A stretch of DNA of 54,998 bases, the filler included, from Sphacelaria rigidula (taxonomy: Eukaryota): assembly GCA_964200075.2 (NCBI GenBank). It is 5 parts of 5 records of this genome, joined end to end, with 100 filler letters (N's around TTAATTAATTAA, not from the genome) between each part and the next. Parts side by side here need not be neighbours in the genome. Positions count along the whole stretch, not along the records: positions 1 to 10,921 come from CAXNAA020005675.1; positions 11,022 to 21,942 come from CAXNAA020005676.1; 3 more parts are not named here. One strand, given 5' to 3'. The notes under the pieces were generated by a model. The model had not been told where the DNA came from and searched no databases. It saw only the letters and a list, made by a program, of their open reading frames with translations. Both the position numbers and the translations under genes were made by a program. Positions 1 through 12,301 of this stretch are shown in pieces. Numbering within the stretch: the first letter of the stretch is position 1; the number at the start of each line of letters is the position of its first letter.

Positions 1-602
1 AAAATTTCGCGAAAAAAGTGCACCCCTACCGTAGCATTGCTCACGGTTGATACATTTTGTAAGTATCGCTACCCCCAACCAACTCTAACGCTGCCCCAAC
101 GCATACCGAGAATCGTCGGGTAAGGGCGATACATAGATTTGGGCAGAAAGGTGGGTAAACCAAAAGTCAACATCCAGAGAATCGGAGAATTGGTCTAGTT
201 TGCTCACAGCTCGGCGAAAAACATTGCCCCACGGACTGGGGTCCGAAAAATCAATCCACGGGAGACAATCGCCTGCAGACGGGCTGAAATCCTCATATTT
301 TGTACAAATCGAGATTCGTTGCCATAAAAGTCGGTCTAAGCCCTTGGGCGCCAGACCCTCGGAGATACACCCCCGACATCGACAATCAACCACTGGGAGG
401 AAAAGTGGGAAACAAGTGCGCTCTATGTGTGTGTGTGGGGGGAGGGGGGGGGGGGGGGGGGGGGGGCTCATTTGTTTTTTTGCTTCGGTGCTTGACGAGC
501 GACCACACACCTCTTTCGGGATGATACGCGNNNNNNNNNNTTGCCTGTAAGTTTTTGAAGTGGGTGGGGGGTGTGTGGGTGGGTGTGGGTGGTGGGGGGG
601 GT

Positions 603-629
<27 letters not shown>

Positions 630-634
<5 letters not shown>

Positions 635-830
635 CGTGCTCATATGTTGCTTGCCTTCGTCGCTTGACCAATGACCACGCATCCCTTTCGAGATGGAGCA
701 CTGTTCCTACTCCTAATAGAAACACCTCCAACATTCGGGTGCTCATCACGTTTCTTCCATACATCACACGAAAACCTTTTACATATCTCATCTCCGTCTT
801 GGTTCGCCGTCTCTGGGCACCATCCATCTC
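630..830 (+). repeat. Dispersed repeat; a second copy begins at the window end (about 54940-54998)
   Basis: GGGGGCGTGCTCATATGTTGCTTGCCTTCGTCGCTTGACCAATGACCACGCATCCCTT matches GGGGGCGTACTCATTTGTTGCTTGCCTTAGTCGTGTGACCATTGACCACGCATCCCTT. The right boundary is approximate. Confidence 0.7.
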
Positions 831-2529
831 CTAGTATAGCTACCTTGTACCGTTTTTTTCGTCACTGTCCATTAGGGTGTGGGGATCATGACATATTGTT
901 ATTGTGGGGGAGGAAGGGGGGAGACAGTGATCGCAAACAGATGGAGGCTGCTAAGCTCTAGAGGCTGTCGGTCCCACTAATTAGCCCCCAAGAAATGCAT
1001 TCATAGCGAACGTTCCGAGCAGCAGCAAAACATAGCACAAAATCTAGGCTTCCTGCTCAGCTACACCCGCTCGAGAGTGTCCCCTGTCGCGGGGTCTGAG
1101 TTATCATTCGGACGCTCGAATCATTCCACACTTCCTTGTCTCTCCTTCCTGCGGTACCTCAAAAACTTTTCCCTTCCCTCGGGTCAAAAACGTGGATTTC
1201 AACGAATTATCAACCAGCCCATCGCTCCCATATATCACTTTTGCCGCACATGCGACCTGTGGCCTATCTGAAGCCCTTGTTCTCACCCCCGCCAAATTTC
1301 AGGGCGAAAGAAGAAAAGGACTCACGTGGTGATAACCCTCTACTGGTCGATTTGCAACATTGCTGGAAATTTCAAAACTCTTCTCTCAAGCCTCAACGGG
1401 AAAATTGCTTGTCACAATTTCATTTCTCAAGTAGTAAGACCAACCAGCTTCTTGATTGATTGATTGATTGATTGTCGCACTTCGAGTGATCCCCCAGGAG
1501 TCATGATCCAGCCGTGGTCATTATCCACATGGTGGACGTACGTACCCGAGACTGAAACAAAACTGGAACACTCGCTGAAAAAAAAGCGAAAGAGAACAAA
1601 AACAAAAAAGGTAGAACAGACCAATAGAGTGTAGTAGACCGAGAAAATAAAATAAAATAAAAGGTTGTGAAAAAATAAAAGGGAAACGACCTCTGCTACA
1701 TGGATTCCGTGGAAAAGGTCTTGCGCACAAACCACACTCATGATCAATTGTGGGAAAAAAAAGGCAGTGGGAAAGGATTGCCACTCATCTACTAACCTCA
1801 TTATTGGGATACGAAATATCTCATCCATGCACCGTACGAAACCGAGGCACCAAACTGTTCTTACTTCCACCGGCAGAAAATAACACATGCATCGAGATGA
1901 AGATGGGGGAAAAGGAGGGCAGCGGAAGGGGCTACAGAAGTGGTGAAACCCAGAGGATTCTGTGCGGTAGAGCAGATACACACACCGGAGGTCGCCGCAG
2001 AACCTGTACAGCGTTATTCCTTTTCAAGACTATGGAGGCTTTTTACAAAAGTCATCACGCATAACTCGCGGCGTACATTGGAGATGGTCATGCTCCAACG
2101 CGTAAAATATGATGGACTAGAGGAGCAGCCATCCTTGGAAGAGATGGGCCCACATCAGCACAGGGTGGCGCTACAGACAATCGCACAGGCTGAGGTACCT
2201 GGATGGCAAAGACTGCATGTCACTGCGGAGAGAGGAAGTGCTAAATACACGAATTGTATCGCGGTTCGGTAACACACGGAGTTGACACTGAGTGCTTCTA
2301 GCCGGCAGCATTACGAGTACTGTAGCATTGACTATACGACGCGAACCACGCCTCAGCAGGGCTGGAATACTGAATACTCGCAATCCATCCGTGAAAATTG
2401 CAACTTGAACTCATCCCTTGTTCTGGAAACAACTAAAATGGTAAAAATCCCGCAAAAGGGCGATCACGCGCCTGTCAGAAAAGCTCACTCGAGATATTTA
2501 CATGGGAGCCTTCGAGCCAAGAATTTTTC

Positions 2530-2766
2530 GATTGACTTCATGTTGTGGCTACAAAAAATCCGATCTAACGGTCGACGACGGAAAGGGACTGCTGAACCTC
2601 TCTCGCGATAAAAAAGAGAGGCAAGCACCGCAGAAGGAAGGTGGGGTACTGAAAACAAATAAAAAAGAAGCTCCTGTGTTGACCTTCCTCCTGTGTGACC
2701 CCGGCTGGTGCACCCAGATATACCGAAAGGTGAAGACCGACGCCCAGAATAGATGGAACGACAACA

Positions 2767-2801
<35 letters not shown>

Positions 2802-2815
2802 GCGCGCACACACAC
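2530..2815 (+). mobile_element. SINE body and (CA)n tail, 5' truncated
   Basis: Homologous to 10000-10268 and to 52290-52435 (minus). Shares GGAAAGGGACTG...GCAAGCACCGCAG...CCTTCCTCCTGTGTGACCCC...CCAGAATAGATGG, then a CA-rich tail. Confidence 0.75.
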
Positions 2816-2904
2816 TCTGATGGGAAAATACTACAGAAACCGCCACGACTGTCATTGTCAGACTGTCGTGGTGGCCGGCCACCGAAGTCTAGCACTATCT
2901 ACAG

Positions 2905-3430
2905 TACAAGGATATGTTGCCCCCGGCCCCAACAGGTCCCAGTGGTCCTTGATAGGAGACAATCTTCCCTTCAGCTACGCTGGACGGCCGCGTCTTGCTC
3001 GACATATAAAACCCAAGGGTATCTGCCTCCAACACACGACGAACACTGACTGTTAATTTTTTCCGGTGTTGCTGCCAGCCTCCACCGTCAAGCGGCCGAC
3101 CTAAACGAGAATGTCGGCAAAAATCTGCCCCTGCCTCTGCGCGAGTTTAATATATTTTCCCTCTAGAATTGTCATTGGAAAGTGATAAAATGTTCCGAAA
3201 CACCCGAGCATCGTGCAAAATCATCCTGTACAGCCAAGCAACATGTGAAATCCCTTCGGTCATCGACACTGCTGGGTCAACAACCACCTGCGGCTTCAAG
3301 CCACTCACACGTGAAGTTTCACCATCACCAGACGCTCGGTGTGCTGTGTTTGGGCGCGTAATCTCCCAAAATACTGCCTCCATAATTTTGAGAAGAAAGA
3401 ACAGTTTGTGTAATTCTGATGTTACCGTCA
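2905..3430 (-). pseudogene. Decayed copy of an unidentified multicopy ORF (probably TE-derived)
   Basis: Translation LLKIMEAVFWEITRPNTAHRASGDG...GLKP...AW...ILHDA aligns with the plus-strand copy at about 18690, FLFNIMEAVFSEKRRPNTAHLASDEA...GLKP...AWPETTILHDA. Nucleotide similarity continues to about 2905. Confidence 0.65.
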
Positions 3431-6400
3431 TTAAGGGTCACCCGTATATATTGTTCCGAAACGAAGCCTGGCGCCAAAAGTACTGAAAATTAGGAGGTGA
3501 GATCTTTTGAAAATTCATGCGAAAAATAAGGGGGGAAATCAGATGTGGATGATTTCTATGCACGAGGGGAATGGGGAATACTAGGGCGGGGGGGAAACAT
3601 GTGGGCATGATTCACACGAGATGTTCAGTGGAATATGAAAGCTAAAGCTTCTTGGAGAGCAGTCAGCAAAACGTTACTACGTGATCGGACAACGAATAAA
3701 AAAGTCTGCACCGATGACTATGATAGTGTGGCTTGAACCAGGGTAAGATGTTCGCTTTGGTGCGTTGCACGTATACTCTGATTACAGATGAACAAACGAC
3801 GGGGGGTGTTCTTCCTCGGCCTCAGAATCTAAACCTACTCTGACAGGCGTGGTACCAAGGAGGACACGCGCGGGTGATGGTGCTGTATCCAGTGCTGTAC
3901 CCTCTAAGGCAGTGAGTACCAGGTACTCGTATAGAGTACAAGTGTGCTAGGGAGTAGTGCCGAAGTCGCGCGCGCGCTGTACTCGTAGGAACACTACCGT
4001 ACAGTAGGAGCACTACAGGAGACATGAAGATGCGGTACGTATGCACTTCATACTCTGCACATGAACGCGCCGCGCCGTGTACATCGGATTTTCCGGACGA
4101 ATAACCGTACAAACGGTTCTCTTGCAGAAAAAATATAGTGTATTGGGTTGCGGGCAGTCGTATTAATACCAACCGTTCATGTGCAGGCAGCACAGGTACA
4201 AAAGTACAGAGTGCGGTGATGGCCGAAGGAATACAGTTGTACTAGGTACACACAGCACCCACGAGTCAGAGTCGAAACGCTCGGCGTCGGAACACGTTTC
4301 ATTCATGATCCCATCGGAGTCGAGCTGATCCTTCACGACAAAAGCCAAGACTTTGCTCGCTGCAAACATGTTACTCCGCAATTTGCTGAGCTCCAGTTCC
4401 CCGTGTGCAAAATCCCCGACTCAACAGTTCACGGTTCGATTACTTCCGGCAGCAACAACAGATGCTGGATATCGTTGCGAAACTAGCTGGCTACTGATGT
4501 ATCCACCCCGAGCTGAAGCCGTCATGTCATATTCCCAGTATGAGTCACCACAACAGATGGAGGTGCTACACTGTCTGCCCAGCACACCAACAAGCATGCC
4601 AGAACAATATGCCCCATACCCGATGCCCCATGACCCGAAGGTGATGGGACCTGTAGCAACAGAGGCCGTCGACTTTACTGTCTACTCAATCTACGAAAGG
4701 TATAGCACTGGGCCTCCACTTACAGAAGGGGATGCGCATGATGCGGCTGCCAACCTAGAGCGAGATGGTGTTGATGAGGCGTACAGCGCCGATGGTGTGA
4801 ACGCGAATGAGGCCGCGGAGGTAACGCACGCCGCCAGGGCCGACATAAACATGCATGCCCTCATCCTGTATATTCTTGTCGCTCTGGCTTGTAAACAATC
4901 CCCTGCCACCAAGCGCGTGACTCTACTTCGCCGTGAAACTCCTGGTGTGTCTAGTTGAGTTTAGCGGAAGTTGGAGCCGACATATATTGTTTTCATCACT
5001 ACATTTGACCGACGCAAGGATGTCCCGTGAGTCGCGCTTCTAGAACGGGGTCTTTCGCACACACGCCGGATTATAAGCCTATCGCAAATTGCCACTCGCA
5101 ACAACTTTCAGTGCACTCATACCTAAGGTGAACGAGCGAGGTGGGCGATAATCCTACGGTAGGAGTGCATTGTTTTGGCGATAAAAACGTACGAGGAACC
5201 TTCAAGTACGTAGTGAAACAAACAACGACATATTTTACAGTCAACAGTTTGTGATACAGTCACAGTATATACCTGCGAGAGGATCACGTCATGTTCAGAC
5301 GCAACTTCATCCTAGAAAAAAATTAAGTGCACTTGTATCAGTACCTGGGCGAGAGTCTGCGTCCGACTCCAGCGACTCCAGTATGCTCGGTCCAAAACTA
5401 TTTGTGCACGTCCACCGCAGCACAACTAAACTTTGAGCTTTCTTTTCATCTTCATGACTTCATACAAGGGAGAAAAGTTGTGTTTTTGTCATGCATATGC
5501 GTTCACCGAGATTCCATACAAAATGAGAGACCTAAGCTCCACTATCGAGGAGCTTTTTGGTGGAACTGTAGGCTACGTTGATAACTGCGCGGTATAAACT
5601 CTCCATGAGTTTTTACAGTACATTCGGAGACACACTCTGAACGCACCCGTTTCAACAAACGGGAACTGACCAATCAGGTAATTATCTGAAAAATACCAAA
5701 TTTCCCTTTTTGCCTACTGTTGTACCTCTTTCAGGGCGAGATTAGCTTCATTGATAGCGGAGGAGCTTGGCTACGCTGCGCAATCTAACGCAAAAAGACC
5801 TTGTAGACTGAACCTTAGGTGAGAAGAAATATCTTTGTAAGCAGAATCTCGTTGACTACTGAGCAGTGCCGAAACGCTTTCTACGTAGACCTTGGAAGCA
5901 ATGCTCTGTTACGGAGAACGGTGCTGTCGTACCACTGCTATTCTACAGGTCGGTGCAGTACTGTACCGTGATAGCAGTAGTCAGGTACCACAGCCCCTAT
6001 GGGAGGGGCATTACCTAGCCATTCGCCTGTGCAGTGGACATTGTTCTCGTGGCGTCATTGCCACTGCCTAACATTTTACAGTAGCCGTGGACTTGCTCTG
6101 CAGGGTTCACTTGGATACTCACTTGTGCTGTTGTTGCACAGTCTGTTTCACTCGTTGTTGAACTGCCTGTGTTCATGTCTTGTGTCTGTTCCTATCCTGT
6201 CCCTTTGCACCGCCGGCTAAAAGAGTACAGTCAGTGCAGTGCCTAGCTGACAAGGCGATATTTTGAGAAAACACGTCTAGCCCTTCTCGACTGCCATGTT
6301 GGTTTCAGGTGTATGCTACGCACGATGTTCTGATGTGAAAACTGACATATTGCGCGTTCTATGACGGTAGATACCACCCCTACAGACCAATTTGTACTGT

Positions 6401-6789
6401 CGTACAATACGGAATGTACGACCCCCGAGTGATGCGTTCAAGTCCGAAAAAAAGTCGTGTGGAGGCGTTACGTAGAGTGCGGCGGTATATATCATCCATG
6501 GTATAGTTCCAGGGTGGGGGCATGAAAAGCAAGATTTTTACATAACCGGCGTACACGTGTCTTTTTCACGCGTCGGTGGCGCTGAATTGGCTCAAAGATG
6601 TCATATCAGAATGGTGCCCGGCCCAGACGTGTCTGAACGAGATTTTGACTTTTACCGTCCGTTTCGAAGATGGTCGCGTGAGATTTTCGGTACATATAGA
6701 GGTAGTCAAGTGACAGCTTTACCATGCATGTACAGTACGTGAAGAACCTTCGCACCCTGCAATACATACAAAAGATTACACACACTGTT

Positions 6790-6880
6790 ACAAAGTGTAC
6801 TGCGTACAGTACAGAATCTATTGCCTGTTGCAGTAGACACTATTAGTCGATACTGTTGTACGCAGTACACTTTTTGACCA
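6790..6880. mobile_element. Short hairpin MITE-like repeat; inverted copy at about 16409-16498
   Basis: Inverted arms AAAGTGTACTGCGTAC...GTACGCAGTACACTTT. The reverse complement matches 16409-16498. Confidence 0.6.
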
Positions 6881-7841
6881 TGTAATCTATTCTACAGGGT
6901 GTGAAACCTTGTAGAATAGCGGAAATTCTAGACACCCAGTGGACTGAGTGTTACACCACGTCCGTCGGCCGGTAACAGCCGCTACATTTTCTCGTTCTGC
7001 GCTTGGAAAATTCGCTCGACTCCCAAACCGCGCAAAACCATTAAGCGACGCTCGATTTTATTCGTAGTTCACATGTCGACCATCACGTTCCGTTCTTCGT
7101 GGGGCTCGCATTCCATGCGCCGCCTACTAATTGAGTGCGCGCAGCGTGCGCAGCACGCGGTTCGGCTGAACACGATCCCAAGGGGGGGTTTACTGTCGAA
7201 AAAAATCACACATTGCCTAGAAAAGAGCACAACCCCCTTTTCATCATGGTCTGCCCTGGGCTAGGGTAACGTTCAGCCTGTGCCTTACGGGGCAGAGGAA
7301 AAAGAAGAAAAAAAAAAGGAGCAAACGCTAGCTTTCACCGTTAGGACGAATCAGAGTTCATACGAGTCAAACTCCCCATGAAATGATAGGATTCAATCAT
7401 ATGCCGACTGTTGGTCCCGCATGCACCCGACGGTGAATAAAATATGCAGTGCAGTTATCTCAACCGCATAGCAGATTGGGAGAAAAGTACGCCTGAATCA
7501 AGGCCCACGAAATGAGAGGATTCAATGATGTGCCGACTCTTCGTCCCGCACGAGTCATACGCATGGCATAGATGTTCATGCCATTCACGCTCCATGAAAT
7601 TAAATGTGGGTGGCATGTACAATCGATTCATCCCGCATTTTTTTGCAGGGGATGAATATGTGCCCATGATTCACCGCGTATAAACGAAAGGTAGGAAACA
7701 GGTACCGTTGACTGTGTACTGCACGACTCAAGAGCTCAAAACCTGTACTGGTATAAATCACAAATTATACACGAATCGTATGATTTATTCGTTGAAATGA
7801 TGAACATGAGTTGAATCACGATTTGATTCGTCCTAACCGTG

Positions 7842-8116
7842 CAAGCTTCCAAAAGCAGCATGTTGATTGGTCATCCCGCTGCGTAATTCTCGCGGCGACC
7901 AATCACCATGCTGCTTTCGGACGCCTGCTCTGCTCTTGGGGTTGCAAAAAAAGTCAGCCGCTCTAGATGAACCCTTGGGCCGTGGCTTATCGAGACCAAA
8001 GATGGGGATCGAGAAAATGAAACACGCGTCCAAAAAACCGCATGTTGATCAGTCGCCACAGCCATAGACCCGCCAGGCGATCAATCAACACGCAACATGC
8101 TGCTTTTGGATGCTTG
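7842..8116. mobile_element. MITE with about 24-bp TIRs
   Basis: CAAGCTTCCAAAAGCAGCATGTTG ... CAACATGCTGCTTTTGGATGCTTG. No TSD recognised. Confidence 0.6.
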
Positions 8117-9159
8117 TTCCTTTTCCCGCTTTTTTTTTTTTTCGGTCTCGGTAAGGGAGGGCCTGAGGGTTGGCATTATGGCTTGACAGAAACAAAGTAC
8201 ATGCCAACCATCACTTGATGGCGTCGGATTAACTGGGGTAAACCCCCGCCGGTCGGCCCGAAGAAGGCAGGGGAGTAGAGCCCTACCTCCTCGGCGACCA
8301 AACGCGCTGTCCGACGAAACTTATAGCGAAGCAACTGGCATGGGCTCCTGCCAGTCTCCTGGGGACGGGAAGGGTAAAAAATAGAGCTATCTCAAAATGA
8401 CCCTTTTACGTTCGCCCGATCCGTTAGTTTCTCCAGCGGTCCTTTTGTGCTTTGAAGTCATGATGTCCTCGCGTCCGCAATGCCGCCCCCCCTTTTTTTT
8501 GGTGCCTCTTGTAGCAGAGTCAACCGCAATCACCCACGGCCGCGAGCTTCGGGAGAAGAGAGGAAAGCGTTGGGCAAAGCGGGGAAGCTCTGCGCAGAGC
8601 AACAGCCCCATCAATCAACACACAACCACACGTCGACTCCTGTCTCTCACCCGAAAGAAATATCCACTACATAGGACCCCTTCGCCGCAGGCAACACTTG
8701 AAGTCTTCGGTAGCCCTTGCAGTGTCCTACACACTGCATATACTTCTCTCCTCTTCAACAAAATATACGGATCTTGCTGGGGGCCCGGTGGGTTGGGGCG
8801 GGTGGGTGTGGGTACAACTAGGGCGGACACGGGCAAATAACGAGGGAGCCGCCGTTACGGCACATTTGGCTGCGCATCAAAACACATTGCAGCGCGTTTA
8901 CGGGACCTCCTCTTTTGTCACACGGGAGGAAGGAGGAGAAACGATCTACCTCTTCCTTTTCTTTTTGCTACAGAAGAAGACAAAAGGGGAAGGTTTGGTA
9001 CTTGCCACACACAAGACCCCCGCGCCCCATAAAAAAAAAGAAAACAGTGCCTATATTGCAGACGCTGGATCGGCTGTGTTGTACCCACACCGACGGACAG
9101 ACTGTAGTGTATAGCCAAGAAAGGAAGCCGAGTGGAGGAAGGCGGGAGAGTTTTTCGAG

Positions 9160-9262
9160 ATGGGGGCGGCGTTACAACGCATGTTCGCGTCTTTCTACAC
9201 GCGGCAGCTGGAAGTGGTGTTGGTGGGGCTGGAGAACAGCGGCAAGACAACTCTCATGAATG
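9160..9262 (+). CDS. Arf-like small GTPase (ARL8-related), first coding exon only
   Basis: MGAALQRMFASFYTRQLEVVLVGLENSGKTTLMN: Gly2, an amphipathic helix, beta1 and P-loop GxxxSGKTT, followed by donor G|GTGAGG at 9263 (phase 1). No further exons were found before the scaffold end. Confidence 0.85.
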
Positions 9263-9372
9263 GTGAGGAGTATGACACGACTCAGGTGATACACATCAAC
9301 GGCTGTTGGCGCGCACTCTATGATTTTTTTTTTTTCCCTTTCATTTTGACCAAGTTAACAGGATGAGAATGC

Positions 9373-9480
9373 AATGGGATGGAAATGGAATGGAATAAAG
9401 ATTGAATGGGAATGGAATAAAATGGAATGGAATGGAGTGGATAAGACGAAAATGAAATGGATAAAACGGAAATGGAATAC
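9373..9480 (+). repeat. Degenerate (AATGG)n simple repeat in the ARL intron
   Basis: Run of GGAAT/AATGG units; similar units at about 9700-9750. Confidence 0.75.
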
Positions 9481-9999
9481 CGTAATTGTGCGAGTCATCA
9501 CATACCCCCTGGACCGAATTTCAAAGCTTGATTACTCGACAACAACAAGAACACCAGTTTTGAAAACGGTGAAGCTGGAAAGATCTCGTCGATAGCTGTC
9601 CGAAAACGCGTCGTTTGGTATTGACACCCTCTTCGTGGAGTAATCGAGCTTTGAAATTCGGTCCAGGGGGTGTGCGATGACTCGCACAGTCACGGTAGAT
9701 GGAACGAAAACGGAATCTGTAAGAATGAAAATGATATGGAATGAAGTGCAATTAAGTGAACGTAAAGCTCACAGATTTTTGTTTGGAGGGATCATGTCTG
9801 TAGCGGAGGAGGCGTGATTTTTCTGCTGGCGGTAAGTTTGGTTGTACCGTACTTTGTGAGAGGGCGTATCTCTGCACATAATTTCTCGATAGAAGAAATG
9901 CGCGGTAGGAACGAAAAATTCCGATCTGATAAGTGGTCGTTTCAACATGAACGATGTGGACGCAAGTGACGACCAATCAGATCGGATTTTTTCGTTCCC

Positions 10000-10268
10000 A
10001 CCGCCCAACAGTGGAGAACGACCACGTCGTGGATACACGAATTCGACTTCACCTCGACGAGGGAAAGGGACTGTGGAATGAATCCCTCTCGCGATATGAA
10101 GAAAGGCAAGCACCGCAGGAGAAAGGTGGAGTACCAAAAAACAAGAGAAGAAAGAGAAAACTCCTGCGTTGGCCTTCCTCCTGTGTGACCCCCGCTGATG
10201 CGCCCACGAATACCGAAAGGTGTAGACTGGCGTCCAGAATAGATGGGATGGCAACACAACAACATACG
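10000..10268 (+). mobile_element. SINE body (same family as 2530-2815)
   Basis: Direct sequence similarity; ends in CAACACAACAAC. Confidence 0.75.
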
Positions 10269-10921
10269 CAGCACTTTCTCGGCTATGAAGTAATGTGCCT
10301 AAGACACGTCCGGAGTCAGCAGTGCTTCTTGTAAGGTCGTTCCGTCTTGTGTGTTCATTCACGCTTCATCTTTTTCTTTCTTTTTTCCGTCTGTGGCACT
10401 CAACGCATGTAAGGCCATATCCCATGGGAGATTGACTTGTTGTGGTTTTTTGGGGCATTCTACGCCGCGTTCTGCCCCCCTCAAGCCGGAAGAAGGTATC
10501 GCCACTCCCGTGTGTCTCGAGGAGTGTGCGTCACCATGCTGAAAGGAGTCTGGCCAACTCGTCCGATTCGCTCGGCTCCGAGGTTATGTCTCGAGAACGG
10601 TCTCGGAACGAAAATAAAGCTGAAATTGGTTAAATAAGTGCGAAGATGATGTGGGCATTTTTATGCAGATATCACCACGGACACCGCATTTTTTTATACT
10701 TCAAGTGGATTTTTTTTTTTCGGTTCCCATTTTTTCAAACCTCGGAGTCGAGAGCGAATCGGACAAGTGCGGGCATAGAGTCCTATCGGTTGTATGTGAT
10801 GCGTCGTCATGTGGCAAGACACGTTGTGACGATGCTTATGTTGGTGTTGGATTCAAACACTGTGTTTGGAATGAAATGGCCTTGCCCCCACCCCCCGCCG
10901 CCCCCCCCGCCCCCCCCCACC

Positions 10922-11021
10922 NNNNNNNNNNNNNNNNNNNNNNNNNNNNNNNNNNNNNNNNNNNNTTAATTAATTAANNNNNNNNNNNNNNNNNNNNNNN
11001 NNNNNNNNNNNNNNNNNNNNN
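10922..11021. other. Artificial scaffold-joining spacer (N44-TTAATTAATTAA-N44)
   Basis: The same 100-nt spacer, with stops in all six frames, recurs four times. The flanking segments are 10921, 10921, 10919, 10919 and 10918 bp, i.e. sorted by length. Confidence 0.97.
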
Positions 11022-11023
11022 AA

Positions 11024-11074
11024 GTATGTATGTATGTATGTATGTATGTATGTATGTATGTATGTATGTATGTA
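11024..11074 (+). repeat. (GTAT)n microsatellite
   Basis: Perfect tetranucleotide run at the scaffold start. Confidence 0.95.
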
Positions 11075-12301
11075 TCGGAGTCTATTTTTCGTTAAAAAAT
11101 GCTTGCATTGGTGGAAGATCGGGGAACGACAGATGAGACGTGAGCGGACACCACAGACGGAACAGGTAAAGACAGATAGAGAAGCCGGGAACCATGACCA
11201 GGCAGGAGACAGACAGACGGACAGGCAGACAGGGGGCGGGCACACAGACACGGCAGTGCAGCCTGCAGATACGACTACAGTAAGGAACAACAACAAAAAG
11301 TACAGGAAAAAAAAACTCACACTTGGCCGGAAACTCGCCGCGCCATCGCGCGTTTCCATCCTCCGCTTCCACCTGCACTTTCAAGGTTGGGCCGTCCAGG
11401 ACAGACGCTGTGATCTCGTGTGCCGTGCTGCTTTCCCCAGTACAATTGAAAGAGTAGCGCAGTACGGAGGGAAATAGAGGGGCGGGGGGGCGGGGGGGCG
11501 GAGAGCACTTCAGAGATAACCCAAAATTTAATGCTCGGATGACCTATAGTAACAGAACATATATATTTGGTGCGGTGCATAATATATCCTACTTTGAACT
11601 TACATATATATGCATAGAGAGGGAGGGGAGGGGGGGGGGGTGCAATAGTGCACGAGCAAGGCGCAACTCTTTTGCGGCATGTGTTTGCGCCTTTTTAATA
11701 ATATATATGAATGTAGTATGTCGACTCATACATATTTTTCACCTGAAGCCATGTTGCAGAGGACGGCCATTCGACTGTTGTCCCTTTTCCCATCAATACT
11801 TATTTCATATTTTTTTCAAGCTTACTCTTGTCTATTCTATCTTCTTGTTCTCCTTTTACTTCCTTTCTTCTCTAGCAAGCCTTTCCGTTTTTGTTATGCA
11901 CTCATCGGGCAGGTCTATCTTGCACATCCTGGATGATGACAGCACATGGTCAATAGTTGCAATAGACAGAAATGTACTGCGTAAAGTATAGGCCAATTGC
12001 ATCGAATGGCCTATTATGAAACAGTAGAGTTCAACACTTGTTAGGTATTGGAATTTAGCGTGGTGTTAATCCGGATATTTAATGAGGGTGCTATGTTCCT
12101 AGCGTGCTCCTGGCGTGCGCAGAAAGCGTTTTTGTCTAAATCGGCGCCTGGGCGCCAATTTGAGGTCTGGCAACGCACGCACACGTTGTCCAGGAAACAC
12201 TTTGCACCTCCTTGCCCGAGGGTACTCGGTATGCCTTCGGTGGGGTTGGGGTTGGGGTTAGGGTTAGGGTTATTCGAAATCATGAATTTCCGAGAAACTT
12301 G

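Noticed and set aside
386-834. Poly-Pro/poly-Gly and His-Thr ORFs here and at about 2750, 10890 and 22090
   Set aside because: These are translations of G/C homopolymers and (CA)n tracts.
4353-4958. 201-aa ORF
   Set aside because: No recognisable domain and no clear start or splice context; it could be a decayed repeat. Not supportable by eye.
8652-8777. Possible minus-strand exon of a gene divergent from the ARL gene (CCCAG|CAAGAT...TTCGG|GTGAGA)
   Set aside because: Splice-like borders and one open frame, but no recognisable protein and no compatible neighbouring exon found.
10437-10637. KLKLVK segment as the second ARL exon
   Set aside because: Lacks the PTIG/WD.GGQ motifs and stops immediately; the region looks like a repeat with short inverted ends.
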